Shown here piece by piece: positions 8,924 to 18,530 of a stretch of DNA of 64,000 bases. This DNA is from Vulcanimicrobiota bacterium. GTDB lineage: Bacteria > Vulcanimicrobiota > Vulcanimicrobiia > Vulcanimicrobiales > Vulcanimicrobiaceae. A program made the translations under genes and the position numbers. The notes under the pieces are model-generated. The model ran no database searches and was not told the DNA's origin. It saw nothing but the letters and a program-made list of their open reading frames with translations. Position 1 is the stretch's first letter, and each line of letters opens with the position of its first letter. The stretch spans positions 800,001 through 864,000 of the forward strand of contig CAWCIZ010000003.1 of assembly GCA_963795855.1 (NCBI GenBank), in the 5' to 3' direction.

Positions 8924-10417
8924 ATGAACGAGGACCTGGGAAAGACCGAGGCGGCTCTCGTGCAGGCTCGGCGCGACAATTTGGCGGCAATGCGGTCGCG
9001 CGGCACCGATCCCTTCACGCAAACGCGCTATGCGGTCGACGCGGCGGTTCTCGAACTGCTCGAAAAATATGCGTTCTTGGAAACGGGCCAGCGAGCCGAA
9101 ACGGAAAACTGGTCGCTCGCCGGCCGCATCATGTCCAAACGCGACATGGGCAAGACGATCTTCGCCGATTTACACGACCGAACCGGGCGTCTGCAGCTCT
9201 ACGTTCGCAAAGACGAGATCGGCGATGCGGCGTTCAACGATTGGAAAGACCTGGATATCGGCGATTTGGCGGGCGTTCAGGGGTTCATGTTCCGCTCGCA
9301 AAAAGGCGAGCTCTCGCTGCACGTGCGCAGCTTCGCGGTGCTGTGCAAATCGCTCTATCCGCTGCCCGACAAGTGGCACGGTTTGACCGACGTCGAAAAG
9401 CGCTACCGGCAGCGCTACGTCGACCTGATTGTGAATCCGGAGGTGCGCGACACGTTCGTTCTGCGCAGCCGCATCATCGCCGAAATGCGCAGGTTCATCG
9501 ACTCGTACGGCTTTTTCGAGGTCGAAACGCCGACGCTGCTGCACGTGGCGGGCGGAGCCGCGGCGCGTCCGTTCATGACCCACGTGAACGCCCTCGATCA
9601 ACTGATGCAGATGCGCATCGCGACGGAACTCAATCTCAAGCGGCTGATCGTCGGCGGTATGGAGCGCGTCTACGAAATCGGACGCATCTTTCGCAACGAG
9701 GGCATCGACACGACGCACAACCCCGAATTCACGATGCTCGAACTCTACGCCGCGTACTGGGACGTCAACGATATGATGGCGTTCAACGAAGCGCTGATCG
9801 CGCACTTGGTGTCGACCAGCACGGGCGGCAGAGACGAACTCGTCATCGGCGAGCATACGATTTCGTTCAAGCGGCCGTTCGCGCGGATCGAATATCTCGA
9901 CGGCATCGCACAGTATGGCGGCTACACGCGCGAACGATTGCTCGATCCGCAGGGCGCCGCGGAAATTTTGGCCGATCTCCGCTTGCCCGAATCGCCAACG
10001 CATGGGCACGCGCTCGACAAGATCTTCGAGCGCGTTTTGGAACCGCACCTCACCCAGCCGACCTTCGTGACCGGCTATCCGGTGCTTATTTCGCCGCTCG
10101 CGAAGAGACGCGCCGCCGATCCGGACATCACCGATCGGTACGAACTGTTCTGCGCGAGCATGGAGATCAGCAACGCGTTCACGGAACTCAACGATCCGGA
10201 CGACCAGCGAATGCGCTTCGAAGCGCAGGTCGGCGAACGCGCAAAAGGCGATGAGGAGATTCCCGAACCGGACTGGGATTTCGTGCGCGCGCTCGAGTAC
10301 GGCATGCCGCCGACGGCCGGCATCGGAGTCGGCGTGGATCGGCTCGTGATGCTGTTGACCGGTCAGCAGAGTATCCGCGACGTCATTCTGTTTCCGCTGC
10401 AAAAGCAGCACGGATAG
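8924..10417 (+). CDS. lysS: Lysine--tRNA ligase (class II)
   Basis: RYRQRYVDL, FRNEGID, HNPEFT, YGMPPTAGIG motifs. Confidence 0.98.
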   Translation: MNEDLGKTEAALVQARRDNLAAMRSRGTDPFTQTRYAVDAAVLELLEKYAFLETGQRAETENWSLAGRIMSKRDMGKTIFADLHDRTGRLQLYVRKDEIGDAAFNDWKDLDIGDLAGVQGFMFRSQKGELSLHVRSFAVLCKSLYPLPDKWHGLTDVEKRYRQRYVDLIVNPEVRDTFVLRSRIIAEMRRFIDSYGFFEVETPTLLHVAGGAAARPFMTHVNALDQLMQMRIATELNLKRLIVGGMERVYEIGRIFRNEGIDTTHNPEFTMLELYAAYWDVNDMMAFNEALIAHLVSTSTGGRDELVIGEHTISFKRPFARIEYLDGIAQYGGYTRERLLDPQGAAEILADLRLPESPTHGHALDKIFERVLEPHLTQPTFVTGYPVLISPLAKRRAADPDITDRYELFCASMEISNAFTELNDPDDQRMRFEAQVGERAKGDEEIPEPDWDFVRALEYGMPPTAGIGVGVDRLVMLLTGQQSIRDVILFPLQKQHG

Positions 10418-10419
10418 CC

Positions 10420-10578
10420 ATGCAACTGCTCAAGTGCGCTCACGAACCATGCACGTGCAGCGTCGACGTCGGCGCGCAATACTGCTGCAGCGCATGCAAG
10501 GAAGACGCCGCCCAAACCACTCCGCCGAGCGCGCATAACGGCTGCCGCTGCCGTCACACTTCTTGCGAAGCCAGGTAA
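10420..10578 (+). CDS. Bacterial metallothionein-like peptide (52 aa; absent from the ORF track)
   Basis: Manual translation MQLLKCAHEPCTCSVDVGAQYCCSACKEDAAQTTPPSAHNGCRCRHTSCEAR; 9 Cys and 3 His in an SmtA/BmtA-like spacing. Confidence 0.8.
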   Translation: MQLLKCAHEPCTCSVDVGAQYCCSACKEDAAQTTPPSAHNGCRCRHTSCEAR

Positions 10579-10695
10579 CACAAGACGCTCCGGCGTCCGT
10601 GCTCTTTGCCGCTAGGGTCTTGTCACAATTGCAGGCAGCGTTGGGGTCATTCGTGAAAACCGCCTGATAACCGAGCTTCTTCGAAAGGAAACGCC

Positions 10696-11421
10696 GTGTA
10701 TAGACGGGCGTGGATTGCCGTTTGCCTCTGCGCGCTGCTCGCGCCGGCTTCCGCGCGTGCGGATCAGGCGCAACTCTTTCTCGGCGCGACCGCGTTTACC
10801 GGCGTGCATAAGGATGCGTCGAGCGTCATCAACAATGGCTACGTCGTTGCGCTGCCGCTCTATGCGTTGCGTGCCGAACGCAAGCAGTTCGAAGCGCTCG
10901 TCGAAGACGCACCGCCGATGCATGTGGCTCTGCCCGGCGCGACGTACGGCGTGCATACGGTAAGCGTCGGATACGCGGATGCCGTGGCCCGCTATTGGAT
11001 GCTCGGCGGCCGGCTCGGTGTGGGTTTGGGCGACTCGCTGTACGTTCACGAGAACGACTACGGAAACGGATCGTACGCGGGCGTGCGCGCGGCGGGGACG
11101 CGATACGAACTGCTCGGCGCGCTTCCGCTTTCGCGCGGGCAGCGGGTGGTAGCGCGATTTGCGCTCGCGCCGGACATGCACCAGCGGTTCATGCAGTGGG
11201 CGAACGGCTTGCGGCCGTTCGACGATTTCGGCAGGGCTTCGCTCGTCGACGCGTCGGTGCAATTCGAAATGCCGCGCGGCGGCCGACATACATGGGTCTT
11301 CGGAGCGCGGTATCTCAACTATGCTGGAGGTAATTATCCGCCGTATTGGGATCACGCCGAAGACCGCACCGGCGTCGTCGCCGCGTTCGCGGCGTGGGGC
11401 TTCGCGTTCGGGCGTTTCTAG
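10696..11421 (+). CDS. Exported protein, probable outer-membrane beta-barrel
   Basis: Signal peptide ending ARA, alternating aromatic beta-strands, C-terminal Phe. Confidence 0.55.
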   Translation: MYRRAWIAVCLCALLAPASARADQAQLFLGATAFTGVHKDASSVINNGYVVALPLYALRAERKQFEALVEDAPPMHVALPGATYGVHTVSVGYADAVARYWMLGGRLGVGLGDSLYVHENDYGNGSYAGVRAAGTRYELLGALPLSRGQRVVARFALAPDMHQRFMQWANGLRPFDDFGRASLVDASVQFEMPRGGRHTWVFGARYLNYAGGNYPPYWDHAEDRTGVVAAFAAWGFAFGRF

Positions 11422-11481
11422 GCGAGCGTCCGGCTATACGGGGTGTGCAACCAACGGAAAGTTGCCGCGGTTTTGGGCAAT

Positions 11482-11922
11482 ATGGATTTGACGAAAACCT
11501 ACCCTCGCAGCGTGCACGAGAAGATGCTCGGCGTCGTGCAGCTGCCGCGGACCATCGACAAAGGCAAAGCGAAAGCGTACGGAAACGTCGGTGAGTACAA
11601 TTACGACTGTCCGATGGACCAGGCACTTTTTGAGTTCCTCGGCGTGGACGGCGATGAACTGCTGGCGGTAATCAAGAACGCGAAGAGCGATGCGGAAATC
11701 GAGGCGTACGGCAAACAGTTCGTCGACCGAAAATCGCCTGACGAGATCGAGCGCTGGAACGATGAATGGCTGACGCACAAACCGGAAGGCTCTTCACTGG
11801 AATACTTCCTGAAACTGCGCAACCAGGTTGCACCGGATCGCACGGACGTGACGAGTTGGGCGGACCTGTTGGATCTGGACGAGAAGCGGACCGTTCCGCG
11901 CCGCGACACGGCGAGCGTGTAA
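11482..11922 (+). CDS. DUF5069-like protein
   Basis: PRS...GVVQLPRTIDK...EYNYDCPMD...LLDLDE pattern. Confidence 0.75.
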   Translation: MDLTKTYPRSVHEKMLGVVQLPRTIDKGKAKAYGNVGEYNYDCPMDQALFEFLGVDGDELLAVIKNAKSDAEIEAYGKQFVDRKSPDEIERWNDEWLTHKPEGSSLEYFLKLRNQVAPDRTDVTSWADLLDLDEKRTVPRRDTASV

Positions 11923-12704
11923 CGATTATTCGCGCCGCCGTTGAGTACGACGGCACGAATTTTTGCGGGCTGCAGTTTCAGCCCGCCGTACGCAGCGTCG
12001 CGGGCGAGTTGGAGCTCGCACTTTCAAAACTGCTGCGCCACCCCGTGAAAGTCACTGCCGCCGGCCGCACCGATTCCGGCGTGCATGCAACCGGACAGGT
12101 CGTCTCGTTTACAACCGAGGCGGCCTTTCCATTCGATCGTCTGGCGATCGCGCTGAATACCTCGCTGCCGCAGGACGTGAGCGTGCGCGACGTCGCAGTC
12201 GCATCCGAGCGTTTCTCCGCGCGCTTTTCTGCAGTCGAGCGCGCGTACGTCTATGCGATTTACAACCGGCGGGAAACCTCGGCGCTGCTCGCGCGGTACG
12301 CCTATCATGCGTGGCAGAACGTTGACGTCGTTCGTTTCGCCGAAGGCGCGCGGCACGTGATCGGCGAGCACGATTTTCGCTCGTTTTGCGGAGCGCTGCC
12401 CGAGAGTGGCCCGACGATCCGTACGGTGAAAAAGTTGGACGTGCGGCGCGACGGAGATCTGATCCGCGTCGAAATTCGCGCCGACGGGTTTCTGCATCGC
12501 ATGGTCCGCACGATTGTCGGCACGCTCATCGAGTGCGCAACGGGGCGCCGCGAGCCTGCGGACGTCGCGCAAATTCTTCTCGCTCGCGAACGCGCTCGCG
12601 CGGGGCTTACCGCGCCGCCGCAAGGCCTCTATCTGGCAGGCGTTCGATACGCCGACGGCTACGATTCGTTCAAGGAGCCGCCGGTCACCGCGTCGTTCGT
12701 GTAA
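11919..12704 (+). CDS. truA: tRNA pseudouridine(38-40) synthase (start codon unclear)
   Basis: EYDGTNFCG, AGRTDSGVHA, FLHRMVR, TAPPQGLYL; no canonical start codon at the expected position. Confidence 0.93.
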   Translation, partial: VTIIRAAVEYDGTNFCGLQFQPAVRSVAGELELALSKLLRHPVKVTAAGRTDSGVHATGQVVSFTTEAAFPFDRLAIALNTSLPQDVSVRDVAVASERFSARFSAVERAYVYAIYNRRETSALLARYAYHAWQNVDVVRFAEGARHVIGEHDFRSFCGALPESGPTIRTVKKLDVRRDGDLIRVEIRADGFLHRMVRTIVGTLIECATGRREPADVAQILLARERARAGLTAPPQGLYLAGVRYADGYDSFKEPPVTASFV

Positions 12705-13186
12705 TCGCACCGCACGAAGGTCATCGCGTACGGATTGCGCTCGTCCGGTTTGCACGCGCCGATGATTTCACGCACGCACTTACGCTGCGGCGGCACGTAG
12801 TACACGTCGCCGTCGACCTCCGCGTCGATTTCCGTGACGAACGCGGTGTCGACGTACGGCGCAAATTCGTTGAAGATCGCGGCGCCGCCGATAACGGCGA
12901 TTTCGCGATCGCCCGCAGTAATCTCGAACGTCTCGTTGACCGATCGCGCGATTTCGGCGCCGGCCGGGGAATACTCAGCGTTGCGCGTCAGAACGATGTT
13001 GCGCCGCCGCGGAAGTGCCCTTCCGATGGCTTCGAACGTCTTGCGCCCCATCACCACGGGCTTGTCCAGCGTCAGGCGCTTGAAATGCTTCAAGTCTTCG
13101 GGCAAGTGCCACGGCAGAACGCCGCCGCTGCCCATGACTCGGCGCCGGTCGTGTGCGACGACGAAGATCACGCGCGGACGTCGCAC
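12659..13186 (-). CDS. folA: Dihydrofolate reductase
   Basis: LPWHLPEDLKHFK, MGRKTF, IGGA motifs; downstream of thyA. Confidence 0.95.
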   Translation of the reverse strand: MRRPRVIFVVAHDRRRVMGSGGVLPWHLPEDLKHFKRLTLDKPVVMGRKTFEAIGRALPRRRNIVLTRNAEYSPAGAEIARSVNETFEITAGDREIAVIGGAAIFNEFAPYVDTAFVTEIDAEVDGDVYYVPPQRKCVREIIGACKPDERNPYAMTFVRCDYTNDAVTGGSLNES

Positions 13187-13191
13187 TATGT

Positions 13192-13986
13192 TTAAACGGC
13201 GACTTGCGCGCGAATCGGCGGATGCGCCTCGTAGCCTGCGAAGACGATATCTTCGAAGCGGTAGTCGAACAGCGAGTGCGGGCGCCGCTTGAAGACCAGC
13301 ACCGGCGGGGCAAGAGGATCGCGCGTTAGTTGCAGCTGCGCCTGCTCGAAGTGGTTGCTGTACAGATGGCAGTCGCCGCCGGTCCAGATGAATTCACCCG
13401 GCTCCATGTTGCACTGATGCGCGACCATGTGCGTGAGCAGTGCATACGACGCGATGTTGAACGGCACGCCCAAAAAAACGTCCGCGCTGCGTTGGTAGAG
13501 TTGGCACGAAAGCCGGTTTCCGGCGCTGTAAAACTGAAAAAGAACGTGGCACGGCTGCAGCGCCATCTCCCCCAAGTCGGCGACGTTCCAAGCGCTGACG
13601 ATGAGCCGTCGCGAATCCGGGTTGCGCCGCAGTTCCGCCAAAACGTTCGAAAACTGATCGATCGTGTTTCCGTCGGGCGCGCGCCACGAACGCCACTGCG
13701 CGCCGTATATCGGCCCCAAGTCGCCGTTGTCGTCCGCCCACTCATCCCAAATGGAAACGCCGTGCTCCTTCAGCCAGCGCACGTTGGTGTCGCCGCGCAA
13801 AAACCACAGCAGTTCGTACACGATCGATTTCGTGTGCAGCTTCTTCGTGGTGAGGAGCGGAAAGCCGGCATGAAGATCGAACCGCATTTGATAGCCGAAT
13901 ACGCTGCGCGTCCCGGTGCCGGTGCGATCGGTTTTTTCTACACCGCGTTCGATGATGTGGCGGAGGAACTGCTGATACTGTTGCAC
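13192..13986 (-). CDS. thyA: Thymidylate synthase
   Basis: DRTGTGT, YGAQWR, LQPCH, QRSAD, PFNIASY; GTG start at 13986. Confidence 0.97.
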   Translation of the reverse strand: MQQYQQFLRHIIERGVEKTDRTGTGTRSVFGYQMRFDLHAGFPLLTTKKLHTKSIVYELLWFLRGDTNVRWLKEHGVSIWDEWADDNGDLGPIYGAQWRSWRAPDGNTIDQFSNVLAELRRNPDSRRLIVSAWNVADLGEMALQPCHVLFQFYSAGNRLSCQLYQRSADVFLGVPFNIASYALLTHMVAHQCNMEPGEFIWTGGDCHLYSNHFEQAQLQLTRDPLAPPVLVFKRRPHSLFDYRFEDIVFAGYEAHPPIRAQVAV

Positions 13987-14070
13987 GTCGGGATGGCCTA
14001 TTCGCCGCCGGCGCGCGCCGGTCCTCAAAGTGAAGGGCGGTCCCATAACGCAAGCGACACCGATGAGAGA

Positions 14071-14488
14071 CTAATAGCCCAGCCGTTCGAATAACCCGAG
14101 CAGCGCAATGCGATCGGTCCGCGTCACCGTGGATGCGAGCGTCTCGCCGACCACGCGATCGACCTCGTCGAGCGCTTCGTCCAGGCGTTGCCGTCCCGAT
14201 CGCGTGATCGATATGTAAGTCGCGCGCGCATCGCGTTCGTGTGAAGCACGCTCTACGAGACCGATTTTCGCGAGCGGAAGAACGGCCCGCGTTACGCCGG
14301 AGGGCGTTAGCTGCAAGCGGTTGGCCAGGTCGACCGGCCGAAGCCGGCCGCCGACCACGGAAGCCAATTCGTTCAGGATGACGAAGTCGGTGAAGCCGAT
14401 GCCCGGCAGGACGGATTCGACGCGCTTGCGCAGCCAAGCGTCTATGCGAGCCTACGCCCAAGGCGATAGCGACGTTTTCGGTGAGCAT
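14071..14488 (-). CDS. MarR-family regulator (one apparent frameshift near 14450)
   Basis: Joined frames read MLTENVAIAL...DAWLRKRVESVLPGIGFTDFVILNEL...LTPSGVTR...RDARATYISIT. Confidence 0.8.
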
Positions 14489-14499
14489 GGCAGACAACA

Positions 14500-14517
14500 T
14501 ACTTGACTAGTCAAGTA
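14500..14517. promoter_or_regulatory. Perfect 18-bp palindrome TACTTGACTAGTCAAGTA, candidate MarR operator
   Basis: Lies 11 nt upstream of the marR ATG, in the divergent marR/rplM intergenic region. Confidence 0.65.
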
Positions 14518-14546
14518 CTTGTCAAGAAAATTCGTGCGCAAAGTGC

Positions 14547-14575
14547 TTGACCCGCGCGCGAATTTCCCGTAGACT
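14547..14575 (+). promoter_or_regulatory. Sigma70-type promoter of rplM (TTGACC-N17-TAGACT)
   Basis: Near-consensus hexamers with a 17-nt spacer; ATG 9 nt downstream. Confidence 0.75.
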
Positions 14576-14584
14576 TGCCGGGTT

Positions 14585-15010
14585 ATGCGGACCTACCAAC
14601 AAAAGACCGCCGAAACGAAGCACGACTGGTATATCGTCGATGCGGCCGGGCTGCGTCTCGGCACGCTGGCAGTGCGTATCGCGCGCGCGCTTTCCGGCAA
14701 GCACAAACCGACCTGGACCCCGCACATCGACGACGGCGACCACGTCGTCGTGATCAACGCGGACAAGATCGAACTCGGCGGCAAAAAGTGGGACAACAAG
14801 GTCTACTACCGCCACAGCGGATATCCGGGCGGCCTGAGCATCGAAACCGCTCGTCAGGTCAAAGACAAGCATCCGGAGCGTCTCATCGAACGCGCCGTTC
14901 GCGGCATGCTTCCGACCAACCGCATGCGCAACGTCCAACTGAATCGTCTCAAAGTTTATACCGGAACGGCTCATCCGCATGACGCGCAGCAGCCGATGCC
15001 GCTGGCGTAG
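14585..15010 (+). CDS. rplM: 50S ribosomal protein L13
   Basis: WYIVDA...LGTLA...[10 protein letters not shown]...HSGYPGG. Confidence 0.98.
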   Translation: MRTYQQKTAETKHDWYIVDAAGLRLGTLAVRIARALSGKHKPTWTPHIDDGDHVVVINADKIELGGKKWDNKVYYRHSGYPGGLSIETARQVKDKHPERLIERAVRGMLPTNRMRNVQLNRLKVYTGTAHPHDAQQPMPLA

Positions 15011-15018
15011 GAGTTTAC

Positions 15019-15408
15019 GTGAACGAAAATTTTCAAGGCACCGGCCGTCGTAAGCGCTCCATCGCGCGAGTTCGCATCTCGCTCGGTCAAGGCGTCATCA
15101 CCATCAACAAAAGACCGATCGATGATTACTTCCCGCGCCAGACGCTGCAGCAAATCGTGCGCCAACCGCTCGACGCGACGCAAAGCGGTTCGCGCTTCGA
15201 CATCGACGTCAAAACGCAAGGCGGCGGGCCCACCGGACAAGCCGGCGCCGTTCGGCACGGCATCGCTCGCGCGCTCGTTTCGATGGACGAATCGCTGCGC
15301 GAAGTGCTGCGCAAGCAGGGTCTGCTGACTCGCGATCCGCGCGAAAAAGAATCGAAGAAGTACGGACGCAAGCGCGCCCGCAAACGCTTCCAGTTCTCCA
15401 AGCGCTAA
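15019..15408 (+). CDS. rpsI: 30S ribosomal protein S9
   Basis: GTGRRK...[10 protein letters not shown]...FQFSKR. Confidence 0.98.
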   Translation: MNENFQGTGRRKRSIARVRISLGQGVITINKRPIDDYFPRQTLQQIVRQPLDATQSGSRFDIDVKTQGGGPTGQAGAVRHGIARALVSMDESLREVLRKQGLLTRDPREKESKKYGRKRARKRFQFSKR

Positions 15409-15416
15409 TGAAACCG

Positions 15417-15445
15417 AAAAGAGCCGCCGAACGCGGCTCTTTTTT
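15417..15445 (+). terminator. Intrinsic terminator after rpsI
   Basis: AAAAGAGCCGC-CGAAC-GCGGCTCTTTTTT. Confidence 0.85.
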
Positions 15446-16487
15446 GTCCTACACGCTTCCGCTCGACGCGGCACTCATCGTTTTGGGCGTCGTTGCGGCG
15501 CTTTGGCGTCCTTCGCCGGAGTGGGTCGAGCGGCGGTTCAGCAACGGCTACTATCCGGCATGGCAGCATTTTTGGTCGGCATTCACGCCGTCGTTGCCGT
15601 TTGCGCTCGGCGATATAGTCGTGCTGGCCGGCGTCGCGATCGTCGTGGCGGCGCTGATTTTTGCGCGGCCGTGGTGGCGCGCGCTCCTCGGCATCGCCGC
15701 GGTTGCCGGACTCTACGCCGTGTGGTTTTACGCCGGCTGGGGTTTCGGGTACGACCGCCCGCCGGTTCAAACCCGCGTCGTCTACTCGCCCGCCCGATTG
15801 AATTCCGCGCACGTGCTGGCTCTTCGGGCGCGTGCAATCGCCGAAATGAATCGTCTTGCACGGGCTGCGCATGCGCAGCAGCGCGCAGACGATCTCGACA
15901 TCGAGCAGTTGCGCGCCGCCTGGATGCCCGTAGTGGAACGCCTGGGCGACGGCTGGACTCCCCGCGTTCATGCCGCCAAATCACCACTTGCCGGCTGGTT
16001 CATGGACAAGAGCGGCACGAGCGGCTTCACCAACCCGTTTACGCTCGAAACGCAGCTCGCTCCGGATCTGCTGTGGTTCGAGCGCCCGTTTTCACAGGCG
16101 CACGAGTGGAGTCACGTGGCCGGGTTCAACCGGGAAGACGAAGCAAACTACATCGCCGTGCTGACGTGCCTGCGCGATCCCGACGTCGTCGCCCAGTATT
16201 CGGGCTGGCTCGAGCTCTTTCTCTACCTGCCGCAGAAAACGCACTATCGCCGCGCCGAGTTTACGGCCCAGGTATGGGCGGATTTCCAGGCCATACGCGA
16301 ACGCAACGCCCATTTCGTCAACCTGGACCTCTCGCGGTTCTCGTGGCGTGTCTATAACCGCTATCTGAAGAGCAACAACGTGGCCTCCGGCGTCCAAAAT
16401 TACGACCAGGTCACCGACCTCATGGCCGGGATCCCGCTCGATCTGCAGGGGCTGCCGGTCGCCGCGGCCAAGGGGACGGCCCGGTAA
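15444..16487 (+). CDS. DUF3810-like membrane zinc metallopeptidase
   Basis: N-terminal TM helices, SGFTNPFTLE, HEWSH and EDEANY; TTG 15444 chosen because ATG 15408 precedes the terminator. Confidence 0.75.
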   Translation: MSYTLPLDAALIVLGVVAALWRPSPEWVERRFSNGYYPAWQHFWSAFTPSLPFALGDIVVLAGVAIVVAALIFARPWWRALLGIAAVAGLYAVWFYAGWGFGYDRPPVQTRVVYSPARLNSAHVLALRARAIAEMNRLARAAHAQQRADDLDIEQLRAAWMPVVERLGDGWTPRVHAAKSPLAGWFMDKSGTSGFTNPFTLETQLAPDLLWFERPFSQAHEWSHVAGFNREDEANYIAVLTCLRDPDVVAQYSGWLELFLYLPQKTHYRRAEFTAQVWADFQAIRERNAHFVNLDLSRFSWRVYNRYLKSNNVASGVQNYDQVTDLMAGIPLDLQGLPVAAAKGTAR

Positions 16488-16530
16488 ATCCCTTGGGTTT
16501 TGGGGTGGGATTTGATCGGGTATACCACGT

Positions 16531-16923
16531 GTGATGTTCGACAGCCAAAACACTCAGCGTTTAACCGACCTCGACGCGCATGAAAATGCGATGGCGCTCC
16601 CCATTGCTGAAGTGGTCTCGCAGCTCGTCGAGATTTTAGGCGCCACGACGGTCGCGGTCATCGGCGGCGTCACGGAAACGCGCGCCGTCCAGCAGTGGAC
16701 CACCGGGCGAGAACCCCACCACCCGCACGTACTGCGCTTCGCCCTGCAGATAGCCACGATGATCTCTTCCAAAAACGGCAGCTGCGAGGCTGCTCGCGCT
16801 TGGTTCCAGGGAAGCAATCCTCGTCTCGAGGACGGAATCCCCGCCGTGATGCTGCGCAGCGAACCGCTGGAAAACATTCAAGCGCCGCTCATGAGAGCCG
16901 CGCGCGCTTTCGCCTCCCGCTGA
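16531..16923 (+). CDS. Xre/MbcA/ParS-like antitoxin-type HTH protein (no adjacent toxin)
   Basis: N-terminal HTH and C-terminal ARAWFQGSNPRL motif. Confidence 0.6.
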   Translation: MMFDSQNTQRLTDLDAHENAMALPIAEVVSQLVEILGATTVAVIGGVTETRAVQQWTTGREPHHPHVLRFALQIATMISSKNGSCEAARAWFQGSNPRLEDGIPAVMLRSEPLENIQAPLMRAARAFASR

Positions 16924-17007
16924 CCCGTATCACACCTGCAACGCCATCTCCGGCGCAGCCGCCAATGCCATCTTGAACGCGTCTGCGCTGCTTGAGAGAA
17001 TGGCGGC

Positions 17008-17661
17008 ATGGTATTACGCGCCGGCGCCGTCGTTCACGAACCCACCCTCCGGGGCGATTCCGTGCATGTCCTCGGCGACGTAGATGAATCCAATTCTTCC
17101 GAATTGGAAGAAGTGCTCGCTCGCGTCGTTCCGCTCGGCCGCAACGTCACCATCGATTTGACTCGCTGCCGATACATCGGATCGGCGGCATTGCGGCTTC
17201 TGCTCCGCGCAAGGCGTAACGCGCATGCCGATTTCGGCACGCTGGTGCGTCCCGAGAGCCTGGCCGATCGCGTGTTGCGGGTCGCAAAGCTCGACACGTT
17301 TTTGAGCGTGCAGCAGGTCGAGGTGGAGCAGGCCGACGTTTATCACTCGGACGAACCGATCCGCGTGGTTGCGCTCGAAGGCGAATGGGATCTTTCCCGC
17401 GGCGCCGAGCTGCGCCGCAAATTGGATCGCGCGAGCCGCGATCCGCGCGTCGTGCTGGATCTTTCGGGTATGCAACTGATCGACTCCAATTGCATGGCGA
17501 TGATCGTCCGCATGCGAACGCAGCGCGTGGCAAAGGGATATCCGTCGGCACCGCTGGTCATTCCGCACCGCGGCGTACGAAAACTCTTCACCATTTCCGG
17601 TTTAGCCCAGTTGTGGAGCATCTTCGATACGCTCGATGAGGCATTTGCGGCACTGCAATAA
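17008..17661 (+). CDS. Tandem STAS (anti-sigma factor antagonist) domain protein
   Basis: Two repeats: GDVD...IDLTRCRYIGSAAL and GEWD...LDLSGMQLIDSNC. Confidence 0.8.
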   Translation: MVLRAGAVVHEPTLRGDSVHVLGDVDESNSSELEEVLARVVPLGRNVTIDLTRCRYIGSAALRLLLRARRNAHADFGTLVRPESLADRVLRVAKLDTFLSVQQVEVEQADVYHSDEPIRVVALEGEWDLSRGAELRRKLDRASRDPRVVLDLSGMQLIDSNCMAMIVRMRTQRVAKGYPSAPLVIPHRGVRKLFTISGLAQLWSIFDTLDEAFAALQ

Positions 17662-17690
17662 TTCGATAACACCGTCGTTGCTCTGAGGAC

Positions 17691-17933
17691 ATGGCCGCTG
17701 CTTATCGTAGCGGCATGTTCGACGTAGCCGGACCCCTGGCAAATGCGCTCGCTCTTTCGCGCAACGGTTTAGCCGACGCCGCAACCGGCACCGCTCGCGC
17801 GCAGACGCCGTACGGTTCGCCTCGCAGCGATGCCGCGATGGCCGGCGCTGCGGAACAAGCGATCTTTCAGGAAGCGCTGCTCGACGCGCTGCACGCCCGC
17901 CTTGCCGAAATCAAGAATGCCGCACATGGATAG
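17691..17933 (+). CDS. Small protein in the FlgB position (highly divergent)
   Basis: 80 aa, directly upstream of and overlapping flgC; sequence similarity weak. Confidence 0.4.
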   Translation: MAAAYRSGMFDVAGPLANALALSRNGLADAATGTARAQTPYGSPRSDAAMAGAAEQAIFQEALLDALHARLAEIKNAAHG

Positions 17934-18261
17934 CCTCGGGTTATTGAAAACCGCGGCTTCCGGCATGGATGCGCAGCGCGCCGTCCTCGATATCGAGGCG
18001 CGCAACGTCGCCGCTGCCCAGGCCGCAGGGCCCAAAGGTTCGCCGGAGCGGCTCGTGCCCGACTTTCGCGTCGTGGAAAACGACGGCGACGCGCCGCAAG
18101 TTCTGGTTTCCGGATCGCACGTGCAGCGCGGATCGAGTGTCGACGTCATTACGGAAATGGTGTCGGTTCTGAACGCCGCGCGGGCCTACGAAGCCAACGC
18201 GTCCGTGTTCGACATCGGCAAACGTTTGGCCGAACGCACCATCGACATGGGCAAACTATGA
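17926..18261 (+). CDS. flgC: Flagellar basal-body rod protein FlgC-like (short)
   Basis: ASGMDAQR...ARNVA and VDVITEMV...RAYEANA. Confidence 0.85.
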   Translation: MDSLGLLKTAASGMDAQRAVLDIEARNVAAAQAAGPKGSPERLVPDFRVVENDGDAPQVLVSGSHVQRGSSVDVITEMVSVLNAARAYEANASVFDIGKRLAERTIDMGKL

Positions 18262-18527
18262 AGGTCGAAGTTCTCGTGCCGGACGTCCCCTTTGAAACCG
18301 AACGTCGCGCGCCTGCGGGCAATGCGGTGTTCGGTAAGGTGCTCGACGATGTGGCCGCGGTGCTGGATAAGGCGGACGCCGCGGAAAACGCGTTCGCGGC
18401 GGGATCGGGCGATCTGCAAAATGCGGTGTACGAACGCGCGCGTGCGGACGTCGCGCTTTCGGTCGCGACTGCGGCTGCGGGGCGTACTGCACAGGCGCTT
18501 GAGTCGATTCTGAACATGCAGGTATAA
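18258..18527 (+). CDS. fliE: FliE-like basal-body protein
   Basis: FGKVLDDV...ADVALSVA...ILNMQV C-terminus; follows flgC. Confidence 0.8.
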   Translation: MKVEVLVPDVPFETERRAPAGNAVFGKVLDDVAAVLDKADAAENAFAAGSGDLQNAVYERARADVALSVATAAAGRTAQALESILNMQV

Positions 18528-18530
18528 AGC

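Noticed and set aside
11766..11930. Non-canonical start codon for truA
   Set aside because: A sequencing error at the overlap with the upstream stop is equally plausible and cannot be resolved here.
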